Shown here piece after piece: positions 12,683-25,877 of a stretch of 63,384 bases of DNA. The translations under genes and the position numbers were made by a program. Under the pieces are notes generated by a model. It had not been told where the DNA came from, did no database searches, and worked only from the letters and a program-made list of their open reading frames with translations. Source of the DNA: Octopus bimaculoides (Eukaryota); the NCBI RefSeq assembly GCF_001194135.2, contig NC_068986.1:105891701-105955084 (forward strand), written 5' to 3'. The first letter of the stretch is position 1. Every line of letters starts with the position of its first letter.

Positions 12683-14422
12683 CTAAGATGGAAGTAATGA
12701 AATGTAATGAAAGTCATTTTTTTTTTCTTTTAGTTAAAAGTAAACAAGAATAAAACAAACAAAAGAAAAATAAAAGTTGACTGTGAGTAAATAATTGCGA
12801 CTCAGCTGGAGTTTTCTATTGCCTTGCTTTATTAAAAATATTGCGTAATGAAATTGGCTCATTCTTTTTGAATAACCCTGTGTATATATATATATATATA
12901 TAAATCATCATCATCACTATCGTTGTTTAACGCCCGCTTTCCATGCTAGCATGGGTTGGACGATTTGACTGAGGACTGGTGAAACCAGATGGCTGCACCA
13001 GGCTCCAATCTGATTTGGCAGTTTCTACAGCTGGATGCCCTTCCTAATGCCAACCACTCAGAGAGTGTAGTGGGTGCTTTTATGTGTCACCCACACGAAG
13101 GCCAGTTAGGCGGTACTGGCAACGGCCACGCTCAAAATGGTGTATTTTATGTGCCACCCGCACAAGAGCCAGTCCAAGGGCACTGGCAACGATCTCGCTC
13201 GAAAGTCCTTACACATGCTGGGGGCACAGGTGCCATCACGATTTTGCTTGCCCCNNNNNNNNNNNNNNNNNNNNNNNNNNNNNNNNNNNNNNNNNNNNNN
13301 NNNNNNNNNNNNNNNNNNNNNNNNNNNNNNNNNNNNNNNNNNNNNNNNNNNNNNNNNNNNNNNNNNNNNNNNNNNNNNNNNNNNNNNNNNNNNNNNNNNN
13401 NNNNNNNNNNNNNNNNNNNNNNNNNNNNNNNNNNNNNNNNNNNNNNNNNNNNNNNNNNNNNNNNNNNNNNNNNNNNNNNNNNNNNNNNNNNNNNNNNNNN
13501 NNNNNNNNNNNNNNNNNNNNNNNNNNNNNNNNNNNNNNNNNNNNNNNNNNNNNNNNNNNNNNNNNNNNNNNNNNNNNNNNNNNNNNNNNNNNNNNNNNNN
13601 NNNNNNNNNNNNNNNNNNNNNNNNNNNNNNNNNNNNNNNNNNNNNNNNNNNNNNNNNNNNNNNNNNNNNNNNNNNNNNNNNNNNNNNNNNNNNNNNNNNN
13701 NNNNNNNNNNNNNNNNNNNNNNNNNNNNNNNNNNNNNNNNNNNNNNNNNNNNNNNNNNNNNNNNNNNNNNNNNNNNNNNNNNNNNNNNNNNNNNNNNNNN
13801 NNNNNNNNNNNNNNNNNNNNNNNNNNNNNNNNNNNNNNNNNNNNNNNNNNNNNNNNNNNNNNNNNNNNNNNNNNNNNNNNNNNNNNNNNNNNNNNNNNNN
13901 NNNNNNNNNNNNNNNNNNNNNNNNNNNNNNNNNNNNNNNNNNNNNNNNNNNNNNNNNNNNNNNNNNNNNNNNNNNNNNNNNNNNNNNNNNNNNNNNNNNN
14001 NNNNNNNNNNNNNNNNNNNNNNNNNNNNNNNNNNNNNNNNNNNNNNNNNNNNNNNNNNNNNNNNNNNNNNNNNNNNNNNNNNNNNNNNNNNNNNNNNNNN
14101 NNNNNNNNNNNNNNNNNNNNNNNNNNNNNNNNNNNNNNNNNNNNNNNNNNNNNNNNNNNNNNNNNNNNNNNNNNNNNNNNNNNNNNNNNNNNNNNNNNNN
14201 NNNNNTATATATATATGATAGGCTTCAACAAAATTTGCACCTACCAAATGCACTCACAAGGCTTTGGTCAGCCTAGGGCTATAGTAGAAGACATTTTCCC
14301 AAGGTGCCATGCAGTGGGACTGAACCCAAAATTACATGGTTGGAAAGCAAGCTTCTTAACCTCACAGCCATGCTTTTGCCTGTCTAATTTCTGTTAGAAC
14401 TTAATTTACAGCAAAAACTTAC

Positions 14423-14532
14423 GTATGATGTTTTGATATTTTCTTCACTTTGACCAATGAAGCTAATTTCTCCACAGAATTGGTTTCTTGTGATTTCGGC
14501 AGCAATCCTGATTGACTAAATGACTGGAACAA
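14423..14532 (-). CDS. RARS2: RARS2 exon 2 (LFQSFSQSGLLPKSQETNSVEKLASLVKVKKISKHH)
   Basis: ttccttcag acceptor, GTAAGT donor, 110 nt, phase 0 to 2, open frame; sequence poorly conserved, called on phase continuity. Confidence 0.75.
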
Positions 14533-14902
14533 CTGAAGGAATAAAGAAATGCAAAATAACAGGATCATGTTCAATAGATGATAATCAATAAAATAATTAG
14601 TTGGCTGGTAATTAGTTATAACATTTTATCACACATTTTTATGCTGTTCTTCTTTCCTCCATTTTTCTCTTCTTTCCCTCATGATGTCAGTCACTTTTCT
14701 CTCACTCTCTCCTCCACCTCCTACTCAAACTCTCTCTCTCTTTCTCTCTCCATCAATCCACACACACACACACATATAGGTGTGGCTGTGGTTAGGATGT
14801 TTGCTTCCTAACCAGATAATTATGGGTTCAGTCTGAATGTGTGGGCTTCAAATATACACCTAGGTAAACCAAAACTTTGTGAGTGGATTTGATAGATGGA
14901 AA

Positions 14903-14952
<50 letters not shown>

Positions 14953-15351
14953 TTCACTCTTTTACTTGTTTCAGTCATTTGACTGTGGCCATGCTGGAGC
15001 ACCGCCTTAGTCGAGCAAATCGACCGACCCCAGGACTTATTCTTTGTAAGCCTAATACTTATTCTATCGGTCTCTTTTGCCGAACCACTAAGTTATGGGG
15101 ACGTAAACACACCAGCATCGGTTGTCAAGCGATGTTGGGGGACAAACACAGACACACAAACATACTTATACATATATATATACATATATACAACGAGCTT
15201 CTTTCAGTTTCCGTCTACCAAATCCACTCACAAGGCTTTGGTCGGCTCGAGGCTATAGTAGAAGACACTTGCCCAAGGTGCCACGCAGTGGGATTGAACC
15301 CAGAACCATGCAGTTCGTAAGTAAGCTACTTACCACATAGCCACTCCTACA

Positions 15352-15398
<47 letters not shown>

Positions 15399-18300
15399 AG
15401 TATTTTATAAGCTTAAAGCTTATAGTGATCATCACGCAATTTCGCCTGACCCATACAAGCATGAAAAAGTGGACGTTAAAACAATGGTGACATTGATGAT
15501 TCTGTTTGTACTAATGATGTTGTCTGTGTTGCCCATTATGTTTGATCCGTCGTGTAACTAGCTTTTCTTTCAGCCCATTTATACCACGTCGTTCGTACAT
15601 ACTAACATTAGCATTCGTTGAATGACACCAATAATTTCCACATGTACATAGATACATACACCTACACAGACACATCATATATAAATACATACACATCAGA
15701 ATACACAGTACAAACAGAACAGCAGTTATGTTACACATCCTTTCAGATGCCATGTCTGCAGGTCATTTTTGATATACACTGACTGGTAGTTGTCCAAGCC
15801 AGCCAAATCGGCAAGAAACGATAGCCAAAACAAGCTTCCCCTGTTCGATCGTTTGGTTACCACTTGTAACAGGTCAGCTGTAAACATGAAGAATCAGAAA
15901 CAATTTGGTCCACTGTATGGAGTATTTTACGTATTACTTGAGGGCGGCGAGCTAGCCGAAACGTTAGCACGCCGGGCGAAATGCTTAGCGGTATTTCGTC
16001 TGCCGTTACGTTCTGAGTTCAAATTCCGCCGAGGTCGACTTTGCCTTTCATCCTTTCGGGGGTCGATAAATTAAGTACCAGTTACGCACTGGGATCGATG
16101 TAATCGACTTAATCGCTTTGTCTGTCTTTGTTTGTCCCCTCTATGTTTAGCCCCTTGTGGGCAATAAAGAAATAAAAATCGTTAGCATGCCGGGAAAAAT
16201 GCTTAGCGGTATTTTGTCTACTGCTAAACTCTGAGTTCGAATTCCGCCAAGGTTGATTTTGCCTTTCATCCTTTTGGGGTCGATGAAATAGGTACCAGTT
16301 GGACACTGAAGTCGATGTAATCGACTTAATCCCTTTGTCTGTCATTGTTTGTCCCCTCTATGTTTAGCCCCTTGTGGGCAATAAAGAAATAAAAATCGTT
16401 AGCATGCAGGACAAAATGCTTAGCGGTATTTTGTCTACTGCTACACTCTGAGTTCGAATTCCGCCAAGGTTGATTTTGCCTTTCAATCGTTTCGGGGTCG
16501 ATGAAATAGGTACCAGTTGGACACTGGAGTCGATGTAGTCGACTTAATCCCTACCTCGAAATTGCTGGCTTTGTGTCAAAATTCGAAACCAGTATTACTT
16601 AACTATGCTTTTTATACGCTCCCAAATCCCTGGCCTCAGTTATTCCTTTCATTAGTATCAGACATTTGTTTTCTTAGTCCAAGTTCTAAAGTGCGATAAC
16701 TCTGCTCATTAAACAGAACGAGGGTTGTAAATAACACAAATTCAGCCGAGGTCGTCTATGCCTTTTGTCCTTTCGAGACCAGTCAAGTACTGGCGTCGAT
16801 GTAATCGACTTCCTTTTTTCCCCCTCAAAAACTGTTGACCCCGTGACAAAATTCGAAACCATTATTGTACTTGTCAGACACCCAACCTCATCGTTAATTT
16901 CGTGGACCCACTAAAGCCACGCTTTCATAAACGTATATAGAAACTATAAGAAATCAAATAGTTACTATATGAAACCAAACAAAAACTGATAAAAGGCAGG
17001 CGATAGTTTTCGGATATTTTTCTCTTATTTATCATTCCATTGATATGTAGGCTACATCATAGGAAAGCAAATAAATCCAGAATCTGACTGGTAGTTAATT
17101 TTACCGAGGTTAGAACGAAGAAAGATAAAGTCGATTTCAGTGGGAATCGAACTAAGAATTTAAAGGGCGGGGAAAGCATTTTGTGCGATACTCTATCGAA
17201 TTTGCCAATCTATTAACTCTCGAAGTTTTACTGCAAGGACACCTACTTTCCAGTCATTGTAAGGACTCCACGGTAACTATTCAGAACGACAGACAAGGTA
17301 ACATACACACACATTCCCATTAAGTGTGAACTGTCATTATTTTCTTTAAAAACGTTGCTTTAATAATCATATAACTTCTCTACCATTAACTATGGTTACT
17401 ACTTTCATTGCTATTATACAATAATAAATTATTACAGTTTCTATAAATAGTACTATTGGTACTTCTACGAAAGTTTTATTCGTAACAGACGAAAAGGTCA
17501 TTTGTCAGGAAATCACAAAATAATAAGATGGAAGGAAATCAATTATGAAATGTTAAGACTTTTAGCGTCACTTCCAACTAAATGGGATTTGAGATTCGAA
17601 ATTCGATACAGAGAGCGGTCAAGGTAAATGTTCGCCCATCATCATATTAGATAATAGAGTATGGAATAAGCCTGAGGGATTCATAGAAGGAAAAACGAGA
17701 AGCAGTGTATTTAGTGTATTATTCAAGAGTAATAATAATGCGAGAAAACTGAAAAGAATCCAACAGGAATCGAAACTGGTTCGCAGCCTGTGTTTGTTAA
17801 GGACTCAACCCTACACCAAACAATAACAAAAGATGCGAGCCATCGATGGTAATTTCTATGTGGTTGCTTAATTTGCATAGAACGACAGCCAAATTATCCT
17901 TTAGATCTCACTTGTCTTTAAATAAAAGAGTACACGTTGGATAATGTAGTCCAAGATACATAGAGACATGAAGCGATAGTTACGGCTGATCATAAGTCTT
18001 TCTGTTTCAAAGTTGACCTTGGGCTAAACAACTTTAAAACACCGTCCTGTTCATCTGAAGACGAGTCGCAGAAAAATAAGGTATGAAATTTATTGTGAAA
18101 GGAATAAAGACGATATAATCTTCACTTTCTTGCTTTCTCAAAGTCATTAACAACATATACAATAAACAATGTTTACAACCGAGGAACGAAAGCAGGTCAG
18201 TGTTTCCGTAATGGATACCAACATATTACAAATAATAATAATAATAACTCTTTTTAATTTCAGTAAAACGCCAGCATTTTTGAGAAGAGCAAGGTGTCGA

Positions 18301-18504
18301 TCACATCGACCCAATGCTCAAGTGATATGTTATTTTATCGACCCAGAGAGAATGAAAGACAGAGTCGACCAAAGCAGCATTTGAACTAAGAACATAAAAG
18401 AGTCGAAAGAAATACCGCGAAGCATTTGGTCCGCTGAATAATATTTCCACCAATCAGCACATAATTTTGATCTCTTATTTTTAAGAAAACATAAGAACAC
18501 TTAC

Positions 18505-18540
18505 TTTAGATGCGATGATACGCCGGAAGTGTCCAGCCAT
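18505..18540 (-). CDS. RARS2: RARS2 coding exon 1 (MAGHFRRIIASK)
   Basis: ATG at 18540, 36 nt, donor GTAAGT, phase 0; resembles the vertebrate RARS2 N-terminus MACGFRRAIACQ. Confidence 0.88.
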
Positions 18541-18689
18541 GCTCAACGTAAACTTCTGATTAAGTGATGTTGTGTGAAGAAGCACATGTCACAGCGGTGC
18601 TTTAATTAAACTCACCGGCTGGAGTGTAAGGGAGATCACTCACAATTACATATTCTTCAGTTTTTTTGAGACTTTTTGGTGGACCTTTA

Positions 18690-19055
18690 CACTTTTACTT
18701 GTTTCAGTCTTTTGACTGTGGCCATGCTGGAGCACCGCCTTTAGTCGAGCAAATCGACCCCAGGACTTATTCTTTAGAAGCCTAGTACTTATTCTATCGG
18801 TCTCTTTTGCCGAACCGCTAAGTTACGGGGACAAACACAGACACACAAACATATACACACATACATATATATATATATATATACATATATACGACGGGCT
18901 TCTTTCAGTTTCCGTCTACCAAATCCACTCACAAGGCTTTGGTTGGCCCGAGGCTATAGTAGAAGACACTTGCCCAAGATGCCACGCAGTGGGACTGAAC
19001 CCGGGACCATGTGGTTGGTCAGCAAGCTACTTACCACACAGCCACTCCTACGCCT
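18690..19055 (-). mobile_element. Family C composite tRNA-derived SINE with internal (TA)n/(GT)n; representative copy
   Basis: Head GGAGTGGCTGTGTGG...GGTTCAGTCCC, CORE-like CTTGGGCAAGTGTCTT, microsatellite, conserved tail; also near 14950, 24945, 34760, 42915, 51715, 61390. Confidence 0.85.
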
Positions 19056-22000
19056 ATAACACTTCCAGTTGAACAATATTTTAAGTTACCTCCCGGCAAT
19101 CATCATCATCCTATAACCTGTTGCTGCTGCTGCTAAAGCGCAACAAGTATTTTGTTGGGGTTAGGCTGAAATAATTTCAAGGGAAATTTGTAGATGAATT
19201 AAAAATCGTTCTAATTCAGATTCATTGTGTGTTTCTTCGAGATTTGTTTAAGTTCTTTGGGGAATTCAAGCTGGTCACTACCAGAGTAACATTAGCTTTC
19301 GTGTTTGAATCCATACATTAGGAATTTGTGAATTAGCATGTGCACATGTGTAGGTGCATGTGAAGGTATATGCTTGCACTCATATAATAGATGCACATAA
19401 ACACATACATAAGCACACACACACACAATATTGTACTAAAAGGGTGTGCACATATGACTGCCCATATGGTCATTTTAGGAAACTCTCCCCTTTAAAACAT
19501 GCCTGTCCCATCACAAACAATAAATAACAGACGAATAACAAATGTCATTTCTCCAAGCCACTTGTATCACTCTTATCTGTACCCCTCCATAATGATATTT
19601 CCCACCAATCACACCTCCACCCTTCTTCATCAATCTCAACATCCACCTCTACACACCCATCTTTAACCATCTGTCACTCTGATCTCACATTCTTGTGAAA
19701 TTACTCACCCTTTTTTCTCCTCCTGTATTCTTTCTCATGTCTTGAAAGTATGTTCTGGTATTCCACCACTGTCATCTTTCTCTTTATCATACCTATTCTC
19801 ACCTGCTCTCATGTATAATGCAGGGCAGTCCTGTATAGCAAGACACCAGCGCTTGTCCCACTATCATACTTTAGCCTTCAACAGCTAGCATAAAGCCACC
19901 TCCTCTCTCAAACACACCCCGACTCAGGTCATTGGTTGGGTGTCTTTTCCCTAAACATTTCTCTTGCAAGTTACTTGGTGACATCAGTAGTGCCAGTCGG
20001 AATGGCATCCAGCCGTAGAAATCATTAGAACCCGTTGCAGTCCTGTGACTCGTCAGATCCAGTCAAACCGTCCAACACATGCCAGCATGGAAAATAGGCA
20101 ATAAATGATGCTGAAATCAGCTTGTTGTGTTCTTTGTTGGAAAATCTCTATGTTGCACTTATCACTTATTGTTATATAACTCTCTGTGGCTATGTAATAG
20201 GTACAGATAAACATCTGTGGCTCACATACAAGATTTGTAAATGCTGCATAAGTTACCCTGTAGATGCTTGTTTCCATCCTACCCAACTGTGGGCATGATT
20301 TCGTTCCTTGTGTCATACAATACCATGTCAATTGTGTTTGACTGGATTGCTGTTTTCATTGGAATATTTCATCAATATTCTTTACTCGTAAAGTTGTAGA
20401 TACATTCAAATTCTGGGGTGCCATTGGTATGAATGCTAGGACAATCTGTCTTGTAGATAGAATTGTAAATAGTTTTAGCATCATACAAATCATCATCATC
20501 ATCATCGTTGTCGTTTAACGTCCGCTTTCCATGCTAGCACGGGTTGGATGATTCGACTGAGGACTGGTGGACCAGGTGGCTACACCAGGCTCCAATCTGA
20601 TTTGGCAGAGTTTCTACAGCTGGATGCCCTTCCTAACACCATAATGGTGTTGTTAATTTTCAGTCTTCTGAGGGAAGATGTGCAACCATGGGGAAAAATA
20701 CAGGTGTGAGTTAGAAATGACAGGTGAGTATTGGCAGCAACAAGAAGGGCATCCAGCCATAGATAATCTTCCTCAATAAATTCTATCTGACCCATGCAGG
20801 TATGGAACAGTGGCCATTAAAACGATGGTGGTTCTCACCACGTAAAATACACCATTTTGAGTGTTGCCGTTGCCAGTACCGCCTGACTGGCCATCGTGCC
20901 GGTGGCACATAAAAGCACCCACTACACTCTCGGAGTGGTTGGCGTTAAGAAGGGCATCCAGCTGTAGAAACTCTGCCAGATCAGATTGGAGCCTGGTGCA
21001 GCCATCTGGTTTGCCAGTCCTCAGTCAAATCGTCCAACCCATGCTAGCATGGAAAGCGGACGTTAAACGATGATGATGATGATGATGATTATATACACAA
21101 TGTACTAATTGACTTTTACTGTTCTGTAGGTGTTGTTTAAGAGATACAATGCAGCGCTTGATGGCCATTTGAATTGCCCGTATTCTTCTGCCTTGCCATG
21201 CATGGGATATCCACCGCCAAGTGAATAATGTACTCGGTATAAGATATTCATTGAAGTTTAAACATTTTCAATTCATTATATACAAGAAAGGGTCCTTCAT
21301 CAAATATCATAATCCGTACATCTTACACAAGATAGACAAAAATCAACAATAAATAGAAACAAATTAAAAAATAAACATAAACATATTTTTCTATTTATTC
21401 AGAAACAATTTTGAATTTATTTACAGTAAATTATTGATATTAAAAAAAAAAGTATTAATATCACAGTGATTCACGGAATATCTCATTATTCTAATAAACA
21501 GCACACTCTATCATGTGATATGCTATTGTTCTGACATATATCTAGTTTTTATGTGATATGTGTTTGTGTGTGTTTGTACTCAAAAAACAAAAAAAAAAGA
21601 ACATTGTTGACAGGGTAACCAACATTGGCTGTCAAGCGATGGTTGGCAGACAAACACAAACACACACATACAAATATGCACACACACACACACACATATG
21701 TACAGCGGGCTCCTTTCAGTTTCCATCTATCAAGTCCACTTACAAGGCTTTGGTTGGCCTGAGGCTATAGTAGAAGACACTTGCCCAAGGTGCCATGCAG
21801 TGGGACTGAACCCAAAACCATGTGGTTGGTAAGCAAGCTACTTACCACACAGCCATGCTGCATATGTCATTTCAATAGATATCACATGCTTCCACCAATA
21901 GCACCACAAAAACAAGAGCTGTATTCTTTGGTTGAACTATCCGAAGCCTGTTATTATGGTTTGGATAGTTCTTCAGTAAATTAATATATTTGCAATTAAT

Positions 22001-23041
22001 TTGTTGGAGCAAGTCACACTTTCATATCTGGGGGGAACAGACAGGGACACACAGACACACACACTATTTCTTGTAAATTTCCAACTTAATTATGAAGCTG
22101 GAATAAGTTGATGAAAACAAGTACAGAACAACTGCTCCGGTAATATGCAAATATTCCAAACTTTAATTAATTAACAAATCATACCAAAAAAAAAAAAAAA
22201 AAAAATTTACAAAAACCTTCCCTTCTTAATACTGGTTTCAAATTTTGGCACAAGGCAAGCAATTTTAGGGGAGGGTGTAAGTCGATTACATCGACCCCAG
22301 TACACAACTGGTATTTATTTCATTGATCCTGAATGGGATGAAAGCAAAGTTGACCTTGGTGAAATTTGAACCCAGAATGTAAAGATGGACAAAATGCTGT
22401 GGTGCATTTTGCCCGGGGTGTGAATGATTCTGCCAGCTCACCACCCTCGCCACTCCCTAATATTGGCCAGAGGTCAGTTTTTGTTGTGTGTATGTCTAAG
22501 TGGCTGCCTGTCTATCCACACCCCACCACCACAACCATCACCACCGCTGCACACATACACACACATACAAACACACATGCACACGCACACAAACACAAAC
22601 AGGCGCCACACACCCACACACAAACATGTGCTGTACATACACACACACAAACACGCACACACATACAAACACATTCACATACAGCACACACACACACAGA
22701 CAAACATGCGCTACACACACACACACAAACATGTGCCACACTAACACGCACACAAACATGCCCCCCCCCCCACATACACAATATCCATGAACTTAAGCTC
22801 TGTAACCCCAATGTGCTTGACCGCCAATCAACTTCTCTCTGCCCATACAGTATGCGTATACATTTTCAATGGATATATATTTGTATACATTCACACAAAA
22901 CTACACACTTGTACATAAACACACACACACACACACTCTCACATCTAAAAATATGGACATGAGTTCGCATCTATGCATTTGTGTCTCTAGACGCAGACAG
23001 AAACGGAGTGTCATTGTGCATCGGTTGGCAATCTGGACGCT

Positions 23042-23167
23042 TCACTTCTGCAGGACTTTTATGAATGCATCTCGAGGGACATCCACGTTTCCGATCCGAC
23101 GTAACTTCTTCTTCCCCTCAGCCTGGTGTCGAAGGAGCTTCATTTTGCGTGTGATATCACCACCATA
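23042..23167 (-). CDS. GUF1: GUF1 last coding exon ([41 protein letters not shown]-stop)
   Basis: LepA C-terminal [12 protein letters not shown]..Q.EGKK motif; TGA at 23044-23042. Confidence 0.97.
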   Translation of the reverse strand, partial: YGGDITRKMKLLRHQAEGKKKLRRIGNVDVPRDAFIKVLQK

Positions 23168-23205
23168 CTGTAAATACAGAGCAGAGGCAAAGGGTTCAAG
23201 CAGCG

Positions 23206-23242
<37 letters not shown>

Positions 23243-23899
23243 GCCCTGATGCAGTACCAGGCAGTGGCTCTCATGGCTTCTGATCTTAATTGATTGGAAG
23301 TGTTATCATGTACATTGTTTTGTCTTGGTATTAAAAGATGGGCTACAGCAAATATTCTGCTCAATACCACAGATTTACTTGTCAGTTGTTTGACCTTAAC
23401 CAGTTGAGCATGTCCCTTGGTGGCTGACGATATGTACATCTCTGATCATGAGCAGAAGTAGTGAGGGAGCATCATAGTCATGTGTTGAGAGGAATTCTTT
23501 GGGGTTTGAATAATTCACCTTTGNNNNNNNNNNGAAGTAGTGGGGGAGCATCATAGTCATGTGTTGAGAGGAATTCTTTGGGGTTTGAATAATTCACCTT
23601 TGGAAACATGGGTGTTTTGCTCAACAACCTTAAACAACCCTTATTCAGGGACCTTTTGAGCAGGATGGGCTACTCGACCTGAAGAAAATTCTAACTGGGC
23701 CCCACCTGCGAGGTCATGTGCTGTTTATCTTGATATGAGATCATGATGTCATGCACATATGGTTGTGATGCATGTGCCTGGTGTACCCTTATCAGACGGG
23801 TAGTCACGATGGGTATGCAGGGTTTCGTATATTTTACCCCAGTGTCACTTTGATGGCATGCACTGCTCTCTCAATAATAATAATAATAATAATAATAAT

Positions 23900-24460
23900 G
23901 TAAAAGTGATACCACTGGTGAGTGGAGAGTGCTGGGCTCAATCCCATTGAAACTTAAAAGCTTCTTAAGGCAACTGGAAATCCCATGCAAGATTGATCTC
24001 TTGCAAAAAGCAGTCGTATTGGGCATAGCACACATCTTAAGGAAAGTATTATCTGTCTGAGATCCTTGTTGTGACTCGACAGATGACTAAAGACTCCGTT
24101 GCATTTTTACCTACACTGTGTTACGAAGGAATAATAATAACACTAAGAATAATAAAAGTGGGAAATATGAAGATTGTGGTGAATGAAGAGAGAAGACGTG
24201 ATACCAATAGTAATTGGTGTACTTGGAAGTATCAGCACTCAAGTACCATCATGGCTGGAAAAGATCGGTTCAAGTCTGAAGATAGAATACCTACGAAAAT
24301 CAGCATTGCTTGGAACTGCAAGAATTCTTCGCAGGATTCTTGAAGCATGACCAGTAAAACAAGTGCCACCTTAGTCTGCTGCCTGAGGAGGGATAACACT
24401 TTCTATGATACCCAGCAAAATAGGCTGTGAGCTTTCATATGATAATACTGGCATCCTTGC
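23900..24460 (+). mobile_element. Two stacked RLE LINE 3' ends of different subfamilies
   Basis: VLGSIP...LQKAVVLGIAHILRKVLSV-stop (24060) and VIPIVIGVLGS...ALLGTARILRRILEA-stop (24350), separated by (AAT)n. Confidence 0.8.
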
Positions 24461-24648
24461 TAGTGGAGCGCTAAGAGCACCATCTGAGAGTGATCATTGC
24501 CAGGGCCGCTGACTGGCCCCTGTGTCCAACCCATGCCAGCATAGAAAGCAGCTGTTAAACGATGATGATGAGGGAGAGAGAGAGTGAAGGAATGAGGCAT
24601 AGAAAGAAAAGAAAGATTAACAAGAGAAACCTCTTCAAAAATACTTAC

Positions 24649-24861
24649 ACACTTTGAAAGCACGTCTTTCTTGTAAGGTTTGATATCCTCTCGAGCGATG
24701 ATTTTACTGCCAGTGCTTCCTTGGATGATCACGTGATACAACTGTCGTGGTATGGCAGTCTGTAATTTAGCACATGTCCTCTTGGCAAGTTGTCTGGCTT
24801 TCGATACATGACAAATCATGGTTAGCTCATCCACAGGTTTACTATTCAGGGAGAACATCAA
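24649..24861 (-). CDS. GUF1: GUF1 exon (LMFSLNSKPVDEL...IPRQLYHVIIQGSTGSKIIAREDIKPYKKDVLSKC)
   Basis: EF4 C-terminal domain motifs IPRQ, KIIARE, KDV..KC; 213 nt. Confidence 0.96.
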
Positions 24862-25768
24862 CTGTACGGAAGGAACAAAAATAAAAAGAAACAAATAGGG
24901 TAAAAAACAAAAAAAGATTTGGATTAAATAATAAATTACTCTTTTACTTGTTTCAGTCATTTGACTGCGGCCATGCTGGAGCACTGCCTTTAGTCGAGCA
25001 AATCGACTCCAGCACTTATTCTTTGTAAGCCTAGTACTTATTCTATCGGTCTCTTTTGCTGAACCGCTAAGTTACGAGGACGTAAACACACCAGCATCAG
25101 TTGTCAAGCGATGTTGGGGTGGACAAACACAGACAAATAAACATATACACACACATACATACACTGGCAGAAACGTTAGCACGCCGGGCGAAATGCATAG
25201 CGGTATTTCGTGTGCCACTACGTTCTTGAGTTCAAATTCCGCCGAGGTCGACTTTGCCTTTCATCCTTTCGGGGTCGATCAAATAAGTACCAGTTACGCA
25301 CTGGGGTCGGTATAATCGACTTAATCTGTTTGTCTGTCCTTGTTTGTCCCCTCTGTGTGTAGCCCCTTGTGGGTAGTAAAGAAATAACACATACATACAC
25401 ATATATATCTATAATATAAATTGGACATGGGCGATTGTTGTATTCTTTCTTGTCTTGAGGTTCACAGCCAAATGGCTGGGTGGATTTACGTGAAAAATGG
25501 CACACATGTAGAGACGGGTGCATAGATTGGAATGCAGTTTGTATTTTTTTCCTAGCCCCCATAGTTACTGAGAAAATCGATTAAAACTTTTCCTAATGGA
25601 ATTCCCTTGTTTGTTCTATCATTAAAACAACCAGTTGCTCACACAGCCGGCGTATACCATTTTGCTAGCAACAAGGGGTCTTCTTAGCTACACAACTCTA
25701 CTACTACTTCTGACTACTACAACTACTACTACTTCTGATTACTAATACTATTACTACTACTATTTTTG

Positions 25769-25828
<60 letters not shown>

Positions 25829-25831
25829 CAC

Positions 25832-25877
25832 CTTGACAAGGGATGATGACTGGTATCCGTAATCTTCATAATCAAAA
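25832..25877 (-). CDS. GUF1: GUF1 exon (SFDYEDYGYQSSSLVK)
   Basis: 46 nt, phase 2 to 0; SFDYE..GYQ...LVK. Confidence 0.95.

Noticed and set aside
12989-14397. Long ORFs of 300-440 aa in the ORF track (also 32677-33865, 52452-53643, 55508-56756, 59323-60544)
   Set aside because: Almost entirely X residues from N-gaps
17245-17265. Minus-strand ATG ACT GGA AA|GTAGGT as an alternative RARS2 first exon
   Set aside because: Phase 2 does not fit exon 2; too short to distinguish from chance
18050-18090. CUGAAGA-CGAG...GAAA partial hammerhead-like string
   Set aside because: No convincing stem I or stem III; likely chance
20660-20730. Apparent plus-strand exon (LLREDVQPWGKIQ) that could join the 21130 island
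   Set aside because: Its reverse complement matches a repeat variant also seen at 29780-29880
22366-23249. His/Thr- and Cys/Val-rich ORFs, and poly-I/N/Y/T ORFs elsewhere
   Set aside because: Translations of (CA)n, (TA)n, (AAT)n and (CTA)n microsatellites or antisense to GUF1 exons
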